Shown: positions 1-8,758 of the stretch, piece after piece
Numbering within the stretch: the first letter of the stretch is position 1
Layout of the letters: each line of letters begins with the position of its first letter
Source of the DNA: an uncultured virus (IMG/VR IMGVR_UViG_3300021960_000052)
Taxonomy: Duplodnaviria; Heunggongvirae; Uroviricota; Caudoviricetes
Reading direction: 5' to 3' (one strand)
Virus record (IMG/VR): IMGVR_UViG_3300021960_000052
DNA: 20,000 nt
Notes under the pieces: model-generated
What the model saw: only the letters and a program-made list of their open reading frames with translations
Database searches by the model: none
What the model was told of the DNA's origin: nothing
Program-made: the position numbers and the translations under genes

Positions 1-2
1 CT

Positions 3-899
3 GACGTATGGGAAAATGCCGGATTAGGTAGGTATGTTATATTTGATCACTACTGTATTGATCATGTTAGATGGCCTGCTCAATATGGAGTAAAGCCTGG
101 AGTTAGAGATAAAAAAGAACAAGCAAGATTCTATGTAGGATTAAATCCAAAAGATAAAGTAATGAATGAGTTACATAATCACTTTGAAGTTCTTCAAGGC
201 ACAGTAGAACATCCTAGTAAGTATTATGAGTTAGCAGACGATAATACAAAATATGCTATTAGACAATTAAACAATTTGTGTCATGAACTTGAAAATAAAA
301 TTTTGTCTGACAGAAAATTAATTACTAATCCTGAATGGGTTAGACCCAGTCAAATAACAACGTTCTTTAATGTTGAACGTAAACATTTAACAGACGAGCA
401 TAGACAAGGCTTTTTAACTAACGGTTTTGATCGTAAGTTTGGTCATGTGTATATGCACTGGTCACAGATAGGTAAAACATTAATGGAAGTGTGGAGAGAT
501 GAGGAAGCACCAGACTTAACAGAAACTGTATGTGAAGCAATTACACATCTTGAATACTATTCGGGAGAGTTTGATATAGAGTGGGCAGGAGATGTAGTTA
601 ATGATAATTCGTGTCCATGGTTTCAAGAAGAACTAGTAAGATTTGAAAACTGGTTATTAAAGCACGGACTTGATCCTCGAGACCCTAAACTAAGTTTAGG
701 TTATTTGCCAATTGCACACGTTGATTTAGAACGTAGTTTTGGCACAACCAATATGCAAGATATCTGGAAACAGTTAGGTGATTATTTAGATATATACGCT
801 ATAGAAGTTAATGGTAAACGTGCTGTTTATGATTATTGTTGGTCAGACAGTGACTTTGAACAACAACAAAAAAAGAGGCTTGGATATGAAGTGGATTAA
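3..899 (+). CDS. Hypothetical phage protein, 5'-truncated by the window
   Basis: The frame of the 162..899 ORF is open back to base 3 (DVWENAGLGRYVIFDHYCIDHVRWPAQY...), so the real start is probably upstream of the window. No family motif recognised. Confidence 0.8.
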   Translation, partial: DVWENAGLGRYVIFDHYCIDHVRWPAQYGVKPGVRDKKEQARFYVGLNPKDKVMNELHNHFEVLQGTVEHPSKYYELADDNTKYAIRQLNNLCHELENKILSDRKLITNPEWVRPSQITTFFNVERKHLTDEHRQGFLTNGFDRKFGHVYMHWSQIGKTLMEVWRDEEAPDLTETVCEAITHLEYYSGEFDIEWAGDVVNDNSCPWFQEELVRFENWLLKHGLDPRDPKLSLGYLPIAHVDLERSFGTTNMQDIWKQLGDYLDIYAIEVNGKRAVYDYCWSDSDFEQQQKKRLGYEVD

Positions 900-987
900 A
901 AATTTAATAAACAAAATTAAATTAGAAATACGTTATCGTAAAAAACTAAAAGAACTAAGGAAGAAGGACCCTTTTATATACAAATGA
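886..987 (+). CDS. 33-aa basic micro-protein MKWIKNLINKIKLEIRYRKKLKELRKKDPFIYK (not in ORF track)
   Basis: ATG at 886 and TGA at 985-987. Overlaps the upstream stop and shares ATGA with the next gene; GAGG upstream. Fills an otherwise unexplained gap. Confidence 0.75.
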   Translation: MKWIKNLINKIKLEIRYRKKLKELRKKDPFIYK

Positions 988-1163
988 GCGAAATAGAATC
1001 ACCTTGTATTGGAGTGTGTAGTCAAAATCCACAGACAGGACAATGTCATGGATGTTGCCGTACGCCTGAAGAAATTGAAAAATGGTGGGATTACACAGAC
1101 ACAGAAAAATTAGCATTACTTGAAGACTTAGAAAAGAGACAGAATGACCTATTTGGGGATTAG
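984..1163 (+). CDS. DUF1289 (YdhL-like) small Cys-rich putative Fe-S/metal-binding protein, 59 aa (not in ORF track)
   Basis: MSEIESPCIGVCSQNPQTGQCHGCCRTPEEIEKWWDY... carries the SPCxxxC...CxGCxRTxxEIxxW pattern typical of DUF1289. Confidence 0.85.
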   Translation: MSEIESPCIGVCSQNPQTGQCHGCCRTPEEIEKWWDYTDTEKLALLEDLEKRQNDLFGD

Positions 1164-2628
1164 TTCAGGCTTTCATGACGCTGGTATAACTGTCATTGAC
1201 GATAACGGTGATATTTTATTAGCCAGTCACAGTGAACGTTATTCTAAGAAAAAGAATGATTACAACTTACATGAAGATCAGTTCCGTGAGTTTGACTACG
1301 GTAAGTTAAAAGCAATTAGTTACTATGAACGTCCTTGGTTAAAACAGATAAGACAGTTTAGAACAGGACAAGGTATTGAATGGGATAAACTAACTGTTCA
1401 GCAAATACTCAAACAGCAACTACCCAAAAAGATCTATAACGAATTAAAAACAGTTCCAGTAAAAACAAATAACCATCACTTATCACATGCGGCCGCTGGT
1501 TTCCAAACTAGTCCGTATGATGATGCTACTGTAGTTGTCATTGATGCTATAGGTGAGTTTGATACTATATCAATATGGCATGCTGAATATGATCGTAATG
1601 GCTATGCTCAATATAAAAAGTTATGGACACAAAAGTATCCACACTCAATGGGCTTGTTTTATTCAGCAATGACTAAACGTGCAGGACTTAGACCGTTAGA
1701 TGAAGAATATATTTTAATGGGCATGGCCGCATACAGCTTGCCTAAGTTTGATATGATCAATGACTTTGTAGAAGACCGTGCTGAAATTAAATTTAAAGAA
1801 AACTTGCACCTAGGCTGTGACGAATATGAGCCTAAAATGACTGATTATCAAATTGCCGCTTCAGCACAGAGTGTGTTAGAAACATTACTACACGAAGTTA
1901 TAGCTCGTGCTAAAAAATTAGGAAAGAGTAAAAACTTAGTTTACATGGGAGGAGTTGCTCTTAACTGTCTAGCCAATGAACACATAGGAGCATACTTTAA
2001 AAATATTTGGATTATGCCTAATCCTGGCGATTGTGGATCTAGTCTAGGAGCCGCGGCACTTGCCTATGGTAAGCAAGTTAATTGGTTGCACCCTTACTTG
2101 GGTACAGACATAGAAGGTCCGTATCCTGTTAATGCAATCTTAGACGAATTGCTTAATCGTAAAATAGTAGGTGTAGCATCTGGACGTGCAGAATTTGGCC
2201 CTAGAGCATTAGGTAACAGAAGTTTACTAGCAGACCCAAGAGGTCCAGAAATAAAAGATCAGGTAAATGAAATTAAACGTAGACAAAAGTTTAGACCGTT
2301 TGCACCTGTTATACTTGAAGAGTTTGTAGATGAATATTTTGAAATGCCTACAGGATTCCCAACAAGTCCTTATATGCAGACAGTGGCACGTTGTCTACAT
2401 CCTACAGAGTTTCCTGCTATTATACACAAGGATGGTACTAGTCGTGTACAAACAGTACCTAAAGATTCTAACTCAGGTATAAGACAACTATTAGAAAAAT
2501 GGTTTACTTTAACAGGTTGCCCTATGTTACTTAATACAAGTTTAAACATTAGAGGTGAACCAATGGTCAATGATAGATCAGATGCTGATCGTTTTGAAAA
2601 ACTATACGGAGTTAAGGTCTGTAGTTAG
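1144..2628 (+). CDS. O-carbamoyltransferase, NodU/CmcH/TobZ family
   Basis: N-terminal LGIS..FHDAG and ERYS.KK; HHLSHAA, DAIGE, GGVALNC, PNPGDCGSSLGAA; C-terminal AEFGPRALGNRS, KRRQKFRPFAP, HKDGTSRVQTV, LNTSLN. Confidence 0.95.
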   Translation: MTYLGISSGFHDAGITVIDDNGDILLASHSERYSKKKNDYNLHEDQFREFDYGKLKAISYYERPWLKQIRQFRTGQGIEWDKLTVQQILKQQLPKKIYNELKTVPVKTNNHHLSHAAAGFQTSPYDDATVVVIDAIGEFDTISIWHAEYDRNGYAQYKKLWTQKYPHSMGLFYSAMTKRAGLRPLDEEYILMGMAAYSLPKFDMINDFVEDRAEIKFKENLHLGCDEYEPKMTDYQIAASAQSVLETLLHEVIARAKKLGKSKNLVYMGGVALNCLANEHIGAYFKNIWIMPNPGDCGSSLGAAALAYGKQVNWLHPYLGTDIEGPYPVNAILDELLNRKIVGVASGRAEFGPRALGNRSLLADPRGPEIKDQVNEIKRRQKFRPFAPVILEEFVDEYFEMPTGFPTSPYMQTVARCLHPTEFPAIIHKDGTSRVQTVPKDSNSGIRQLLEKWFTLTGCPMLLNTSLNIRGEPMVNDRSDADRFEKLYGVKVCS

Positions 2629-3788
2629 CCTATACGTTCAACTAATTTTTTGAGCCTGTGACTAAGATCGTTTTCTAAAACAATCCTATTCCATAATAAT
2701 TGCTGAGTACACTTTTTATACATTTCGTGCCAATCATCTAAATCTAACCCAGCAAGTTCTTCACTGAGTTCCATAACCGCTTCAAAACGTTCTTGGGTGT
2801 TTTCTATATCATCATAACTTTCGTCAATGATATTATCAAACGTTGCATAGCCTAATTCACGTAAATGCTTTAAGTGATGATGTTCTGCCACACAAATAAA
2901 TGGTTGCATATGAAGTATTGGCTTAAGAGTTTTTTCTGTAATAAACTGTCCGCCACTGCTGTCAACATCAATGAATGTTTCTAGCACAATATTAAAGTAA
3001 CTATCTTGATATAAGTCATCCATTAGCACACTATAATCATTGCGTTGGTCTGATGTTAATGAATCAACATAAAACGGTCCAGCAGTAATAAAGTCTAAAC
3101 ACTGTTGTTTGGTACTGTCTAAAAACTCATTTAGTAACGGTACACCGTCCCAGTCATCTTGTTCACCTAAGAACTCCTGACAATAACTAAAATAACCGTT
3201 ATGATGAAGTCCTTTTGCCCATAAATTACTCATAAACACCTTACGCCAGAGCTTGTCTATCCTACATAAGGCTACAAACTGCTTACTACGACGCTTAAAA
3301 TGCGTTATAGACGCCTTGCTAAAGTCTACAGAACGCTGATACATGTACTCTAATTCAGGCCAATAATAGGTATATTTGTACTGATCCGCGGCAGAATTGC
3401 CTGATATAAATGCTATATTATGGTAATTATGTTTGTCTGCTAGTTCTGTTAATCTAGTGTTTATATCTGCAGGATTGTCTGCTTCGTGGTAAAGAAATAC
3501 TATTTTCATACCTTTATCTAATGCTCTAGGATTAATTAGTTCAAAATAGTCTTGGGTAAAATCAAACCAACCAATAGTAATAGGATACCAACTGTCTCTA
3601 GGAGCATTAGGAGTGTGTACTACGCTAACAGGTATTTCGCTTTCTTTTAGATAATAAAAGATTCTAGGATAATCCAACCAAGGCCATTCTGTAGCAAAGT
3701 CATCATTGGCACACTTTGCTGGGTCCATACCATTAGGTAATGGACGACCTGTGCCTTCCTGAAAGTTATCAATTGCTAAAGTAATCAT
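2625..3788 (-). CDS. Putative glycosyltransferase, GT10 (fucosyltransferase)-like C-terminal domain; paralog A
   Basis: FNIVLET...FITEKTLKPI...PFI...LRELGYATFDNIIDESYDD resembles the GT10 FEN...YITEK motif; located in a sugar cluster. Confidence 0.6.
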   Translation of the reverse strand: MITLAIDNFQEGTGRPLPNGMDPAKCANDDFATEWPWLDYPRIFYYLKESEIPVSVVHTPNAPRDSWYPITIGWFDFTQDYFELINPRALDKGMKIVFLYHEADNPADINTRLTELADKHNYHNIAFISGNSAADQYKYTYYWPELEYMYQRSVDFSKASITHFKRRSKQFVALCRIDKLWRKVFMSNLWAKGLHHNGYFSYCQEFLGEQDDWDGVPLLNEFLDSTKQQCLDFITAGPFYVDSLTSDQRNDYSVLMDDLYQDSYFNIVLETFIDVDSSGGQFITEKTLKPILHMQPFICVAEHHHLKHLRELGYATFDNIIDESYDDIENTQERFEAVMELSEELAGLDLDDWHEMYKKCTQQLLWNRIVLENDLSHRLKKLVERIG

Positions 3789-4860
3789 TAATATCTTCTA
3801 ACATTTCTGTTAGTTCCTGCCAAAGATACTTTTCAAACTCGCCACCATAAAACCAATTATAGTTGTGTTCTATAATTGGCTTACACTTTTCAAACAGTGC
3901 CTGACGGTCCTGTGATTCTAAATCTTTTAATAAGTTAGCAACCATTTCAAAACGTTTAAAGTCATCAGGTTCGTCGTCATATGATTCATCCCAAACATCA
4001 CTGAATGTTTTAAATCCATATTCACGTAAGTATTCTAAACTACCTTGTGTTGCTGTTAACACAAAAGGCATTTTCATTGCGATTGGTTTAAATGTTTTTT
4101 CTGTTAAGTGTAAACGTTTACCTTCTGCTACAGTTTCCGATACATGATATAATAAACAGTCTGCTGTTTCTTTCCAGTTAGTTAAATGATAACTAGACAT
4201 TTCCTGTATTTCTTCTCCTGGGAAAGTACGTGTCTCAATTTGTCTTAGATACTTTACTATATCAATATGCTTTAATTCTAACTTTTGTTTAATAGCAATC
4301 ATTTCTAAGTCCCAACCTTCCACAGGACATACTTTAGGACAACTTACCCAGTTAGTGTTAAGCAATCCTAGTTTCATAAAGTGATACAACATAACAACTC
4401 TGTGTCTACGCTGTCCACCTATAATACGATTAGGGCTAAAGAATGTTTTTGTTATAGTTCTTTGCTCTGGCTGTGTCATTACATAACTACGATCATATCC
4501 ACGATACCAATCTAAAGCGGCCCAACCATGAAAGAAATAATAAAACTGTTCAGCACCAGTAAACTCTTGAGCCCAACTAACTGCTTCACTGTCGAGCTCA
4601 CTGGTTACCATAGCAAGTTTTTTACCACCACTAAAAAGTTTTACTTTGTCAAACGTTGGTCTGTGCAAGTATTGTTGTATTGGTTCCTGATCAAACAAAT
4701 ACAAATAATTTCCTTGTGTTTCATCTCCGTTGATATATACTATGATACTATTAGGATCACTGGCTCCGAACGGATCATGAACAGCAAGTTCTAAATTTTT
4801 ATTTGTAGAAGCAAAATAAGGCCAAAATATATTTTGATAAAGTTCGTCGATTCTAATCAT
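3769..4860 (-). CDS. Putative glycosyltransferase, GT10-like C-terminal domain; paralog B
   Basis: VSET...HLTEKTFKPIAMKMPFV...LREYGFKTFSDVWDESYDD matches the same block in 2625..3788. Confidence 0.6.
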   Translation of the reverse strand: MIRIDELYQNIFWPYFASTNKNLELAVHDPFGASDPNSIIVYINGDETQGNYLYLFDQEPIQQYLHRPTFDKVKLFSGGKKLAMVTSELDSEAVSWAQEFTGAEQFYYFFHGWAALDWYRGYDRSYVMTQPEQRTITKTFFSPNRIIGGQRRHRVVMLYHFMKLGLLNTNWVSCPKVCPVEGWDLEMIAIKQKLELKHIDIVKYLRQIETRTFPGEEIQEMSSYHLTNWKETADCLLYHVSETVAEGKRLHLTEKTFKPIAMKMPFVLTATQGSLEYLREYGFKTFSDVWDESYDDEPDDFKRFEMVANLLKDLESQDRQALFEKCKPIIEHNYNWFYGGEFEKYLWQELTEMLEDINDYFSN

Positions 4861-6487
4861 GTTTGATGTTTTTTATATTGGTAATAAACCTAATGTTGTT
4901 CCTCATGAACAACCTGTTCAATCAAAAGAACAAGCTCAACAATTAAGTCGCACTCGTTATTGTTGGCTCATCAATACTTATACTGATTATAGTACCTGGG
5001 ACTTTCTTTGGGAGCCTGTTCCTTGGGAGTCAAATCAAACACATGCGTTTCCTAGTCAATGGCAACGTGATAGTGAAACATACCTAATACCCAAACAAGC
5101 ACACACAGACGTAAACTACAGAACAGATATAAAAGTAGAACGCAATCAAGCAAGTGCAGACGTTGTAGTTATAGATCATTTAGATAATAATGTAAATCAT
5201 ACAACTTTTGCCATAGAAAATAAGGCAAATATTGTAAAATATACAAAATTTGTAGACAATTATCTAGATACTTTACTAAGAATTGCACGTAGTACAAATT
5301 CTGAACACTTATGGATATGTAGTAGTGTCTGTGACTACACAGATTTTGATTTCACCTGGCATCCAGAGCCCTGGCAACGTGAAATGCTACATGTATTTCC
5401 AAGTGGTGACCAAAAGTTTGGTGATACATTCTATATGCACGTTCCTACATTTAAAGAAAACGCAGACAAATGTGAATTATTAGATTGGTATAACAATAAC
5501 TTCTGTACTGATCAAACTGTGCCAAGGCATAGGTTACCTATAGTAACACATTTAGAAGATAGTCATGTTACCGCCTTACCTGAAAGTCAACAAGAACCTT
5601 TGGTAGTTTATACCAATGATAGATTATGGTTTACTCCTGTACCTGATATTCCATTATGGCGCAAACAAACAAGAACTATTACACCATTAGATACAAGAGG
5701 TAGCAGTGTTATTGTTCCACGCGATGCGTTAGGTGACGTTAAAACACAGTTATGGGATTATGAGTATGTTGATCGCAGTTATCAAACACAGACTAAAAGC
5801 GACCCATTAGATGTTGTATTCATTGAAAACGGTGAAGTTAATGCTGAAGAAAACTTTAACTATCTTGAGCAAATACTACAGGAAAAACCCAATAAATTAC
5901 GGCGTGTGACGAACGTAAAGGGCCGTGTAGCCGCTTATCAGGCCGCGGCTAAGGTCAGTAGTACCCCGTGGTTTTTTGCTGTGTTTGCGAAGCTTAAAAT
6001 AAACAAATCTTTTGATTGGTCTTGGCAACCTGACTGTTTACAGCAACCAAAGCATTATATATTTCATGCACGTAATCCTATAAATGGTCTAGAATATGGA
6101 CACATGGCTATGATTGCTTACAATAAAAAACTAGTGTTATCAAACACTGCCCCGGGATTAGACTTTACACTTGATCAAGCACACGAAGTAGTACCTATAC
6201 TATCAGGTGTTGCTAACTTTGTAGACGACGAAAAAACTATCTGGAGAACTGCATTTAGAGAAGTTATTAAACTTAAACACAGTCTAAGTCAACAGCCTGA
6301 CGTTGATACAGAATATAGACTACGCACCTGGATTAATAAAGGCGAAGGTGATGACGGAATATGGTCAATGCAAGGTGCAATAGATGCTGTTGAATATTAC
6401 GATGAAGTTGGTGGAGTTTTTGATCTGTTAAAGCTAAGTTATGATTGGGAGTGGCTTAATCAAAGGTTTGATCACTTACATGCTTAA
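4859..6487 (+). CDS. Repeat-built GT-A/GT2-like protein (putative glycosyltransferase or glycan-binding protein)
   Basis: Internal repeats DYSTWDFLWEPVPW..HAFPS, DYTDFDFTWHPEPW..HVFPS and SFDWSWQPD. C-terminal DVVFI.NGE.NAEEN...VKGRVAAYQAAA..S.TPWFF is GT2-like but lacks DxD at the expected site. Confidence 0.55.
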   Translation: MFDVFYIGNKPNVVPHEQPVQSKEQAQQLSRTRYCWLINTYTDYSTWDFLWEPVPWESNQTHAFPSQWQRDSETYLIPKQAHTDVNYRTDIKVERNQASADVVVIDHLDNNVNHTTFAIENKANIVKYTKFVDNYLDTLLRIARSTNSEHLWICSSVCDYTDFDFTWHPEPWQREMLHVFPSGDQKFGDTFYMHVPTFKENADKCELLDWYNNNFCTDQTVPRHRLPIVTHLEDSHVTALPESQQEPLVVYTNDRLWFTPVPDIPLWRKQTRTITPLDTRGSSVIVPRDALGDVKTQLWDYEYVDRSYQTQTKSDPLDVVFIENGEVNAEENFNYLEQILQEKPNKLRRVTNVKGRVAAYQAAAKVSSTPWFFAVFAKLKINKSFDWSWQPDCLQQPKHYIFHARNPINGLEYGHMAMIAYNKKLVLSNTAPGLDFTLDQAHEVVPILSGVANFVDDEKTIWRTAFREVIKLKHSLSQQPDVDTEYRLRTWINKGEGDDGIWSMQGAIDAVEYYDEVGGVFDLLKLSYDWEWLNQRFDHLHA

Positions 6488-7574
6488 TGACTCTGTCAGC
6501 AACGTATCTAATATCAGCATCAGTAAGTTCTGGATAAAAAGGTAAACTCAACACACGTCTTGACAACATACTAGCATTGTTAATCATATTAAGACTGCTG
6601 TATCCTTCATAAGGTTCCATTTCGTGTAACGGTCTATCATAGTGTACTTTACATTCAATACCATCTAACTGTAACAGATCTTTAACTGTGTCTCTATGAT
6701 CTATTTCAATAACAAACTTTTGTAAGCCGTGCATACGTCTGTTTAACATAGCACTCATAAAAGATCTTATTCTAGGTGCTTCGTCTTTAAAACGTTGTAG
6801 GTAATATTCAGCAATTTCAAATCTACGATCTTGCCAATCATCAATATATTTTAATTTAACTAACATCTGTGCGGCGTCTACTTCACTCATTCTAGAGTTA
6901 GTGCCATACGAATTAGTGTGTGGCTTACCGTTGTCACGATACATTTTAAACCAGTTGTCAGTATACTCATCCCAGGTAGCAATAGCACCACCATTGCCAT
7001 AGTTAGGTAAGTTTTTAGTAGGATCAAAACTAATGGCCTTCATGATAGGGCGTTGTGAATAGTCGCTGGCCATCCAATGCTGAGCCGCATCTTCAATTAT
7101 AATTTTACCTTCAAGTTGCGTGTGTCCTTCTTTACGACGCAAATACCAATCATCAAATATAGGATGTCCGTATAAGCCAACTACGCAGACAGCATCAAAG
7201 TCTTGTTTAATTTTTGGCATATCAAGTATACCTGTACTAGGATCAACATCACCTATAACAACATTCCACCCTGTTGAAATAAACGCATTAATAGTTGCTG
7301 GATAGGTTAGTGCAGGTACAACCACAGTGGGTGTTTTAGTAGTAACACCAAAAAATGATTCATAATGAAAACGTGCAATCATTTCCAATGCCTGTGTGCC
7401 TGAACCTACACAAATAACTTTAGGCATGTCAATACGTCTTGCTAGTTGCTCTTCAAGGCTTTGTGTGTAAGGACCATTCATAAGCACACCAGACTTTAAT
7501 ACCATGTCTGTGGCATCAAGTATTTCTTTACGTATGCCTTCGTACTGTAGTCTAAGATTTATAAACGGTATCAT
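6456..7574 (-). CDS. DegT/DnrJ/EryC1/StrS PLP-dependent sugar aminotransferase
   Basis: MIPFINL, GSGTQAL, PALTYPAT, IIEDAAQ, SFDPTKNL (PLP lysine), GTNSRMSE, LSLPFYPEL. Confidence 0.95.
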   Translation of the reverse strand: MIPFINLRLQYEGIRKEILDATDMVLKSGVLMNGPYTQSLEEQLARRIDMPKVICVGSGTQALEMIARFHYESFFGVTTKTPTVVVPALTYPATINAFISTGWNVVIGDVDPSTGILDMPKIKQDFDAVCVVGLYGHPIFDDWYLRRKEGHTQLEGKIIIEDAAQHWMASDYSQRPIMKAISFDPTKNLPNYGNGGAIATWDEYTDNWFKMYRDNGKPHTNSYGTNSRMSEVDAAQMLVKLKYIDDWQDRRFEIAEYYLQRFKDEAPRIRSFMSAMLNRRMHGLQKFVIEIDHRDTVKDLLQLDGIECKVHYDRPLHEMEPYEGYSSLNMINNASMLSRRVLSLPFYPELTDADIRYVADRVIKHVSDQTFD

Positions 7575-8508
7575 AATTATCTTTAACCCAGGTTACATAT
7601 TCATTACATCCATCTGCAAAGTCCACAGTAGGATGATACCCTAAATCTTTTTGAGCTCTTGAAATATCTAGTCTGCCTCTACTTGGAAATGCTAAATCTC
7701 TGTCTACCACTTCAATAACTCCTTGACCTAATATATTAACAACTTGTTTTGCGGCCATGAGTAATGTGATTGGAATGTTTTCGCATCTGGTAATATTATA
7801 TATATCATGAGGACAGTCTTTAACAGCGGCCAACGCTATACCAGCGGCTGTATCAGTGACATAAGTAAAGTCTAATATTTCTTCAGCACCTCTTACTTTA
7901 AGTGGCTCACCTCTAATAGCATTTAATACAAATTTTGATAACACTCTATCTTCAACATCTCTAGGACCATAAACAGCACTAGGACGTACAATGGTATAAT
8001 CAAAATGTTTACGGTAATCTGCTACCAGTTTCTCGCCCATGTATTTCATAATAGCGTACTGACCTTTTGGATGACATTCCTGTGTTTCGGGAACATAGTC
8101 ATCAAAGTCGCCATAGACCATACTTGATGAAACGTAAACAAACTTACTGGCTATACCTTTTGATGCTTCTAATAGGTTAATTAATCCTGTAGACATAACT
8201 TCACTTGCCACACTAGGATTTTGTTGAACTACTTTTTGTCTTGGAAAACTTGCTAAGTGAATAACAACATCAGGTTTAAAATTATACAGTGTTTGAATAA
8301 CTGGTTGTTTGTCTCTAATATCAATATGTTTCGACGGAACTTGATTACGTAGATCTCCTGCACGTAATTGAAATAACTTCATCATTTGATCTTGAGGAAT
8401 AAAGTCATAGTTAGTTAAACTGTCAATGACTAAAATTTCATGACCTTGTAAACAACGTACTACTTCGTGTCCTATAAAACCTAAGCCGCCACTAATTAAT
8501 ATCTTCAT
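7552..8508 (-). CDS. NAD-dependent nucleotide-sugar epimerase/dehydratase (extended SDR)
   Basis: GGLGFIG Rossmann motif, VIHLAS, SSSMVYG, catalytic YAIMK (YxxxK), RPSAVYGP, DFTYVTD. Confidence 0.93.
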   Translation of the reverse strand: MKILISGGLGFIGHEVVRCLQGHEILVIDSLTNYDFIPQDQMMKLFQLRAGDLRNQVPSKHIDIRDKQPVIQTLYNFKPDVVIHLASFPRQKVVQQNPSVASEVMSTGLINLLEASKGIASKFVYVSSSMVYGDFDDYVPETQECHPKGQYAIMKYMGEKLVADYRKHFDYTIVRPSAVYGPRDVEDRVLSKFVLNAIRGEPLKVRGAEEILDFTYVTDTAAGIALAAVKDCPHDIYNITRCENIPITLLMAAKQVVNILGQGVIEVVDRDLAFPSRGRLDISRAQKDLGYHPTVDFADGCNEYVTWVKDNYDTVYKS

Positions 8509-8758
8509 TGTAATTCCACATTAGTTCGTACACAGTTAACATTTTTGGATTAAATGATCCATACACACAACAACGATAATGATATCCTGTTTCGCCCATA
8601 TCTAAATGATAACGTAGATCCTTAGCATTTAATTCACACCAGCGTCCTTCACGTGTTGCTAACCATTCTTCTATTTTAAAAGATGCTAGTATGTCTGGGT
8701 CTTCTACATCACCTACTAGAAAACTATACAACAACCTTTGTGTTTCATTCTTTTTCAA
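8492..8758 (-). CDS. Small hypothetical phage protein (GDVEDPD type; ends YELMW)
   Basis: 88-aa ORF overlapping both neighbours; similar layout to the two adjacent ORFs. Confidence 0.75.
   Translation of the reverse strand: MKKNETQRLLYSFLVGDVEDPDILASFKIEEWLATREGRWCELNAKDLRYHLDMGETGYHYRCCVYGSFNPKMLTVYELMWNYNEDIN

Noticed and set aside
1144..8508. Cellular O-antigen/capsule locus or antibiotic biosynthetic cluster
   Set aside because: No flippase, polymerase, exporter or regulator; the flanking genes and promoter architecture are phage-like.
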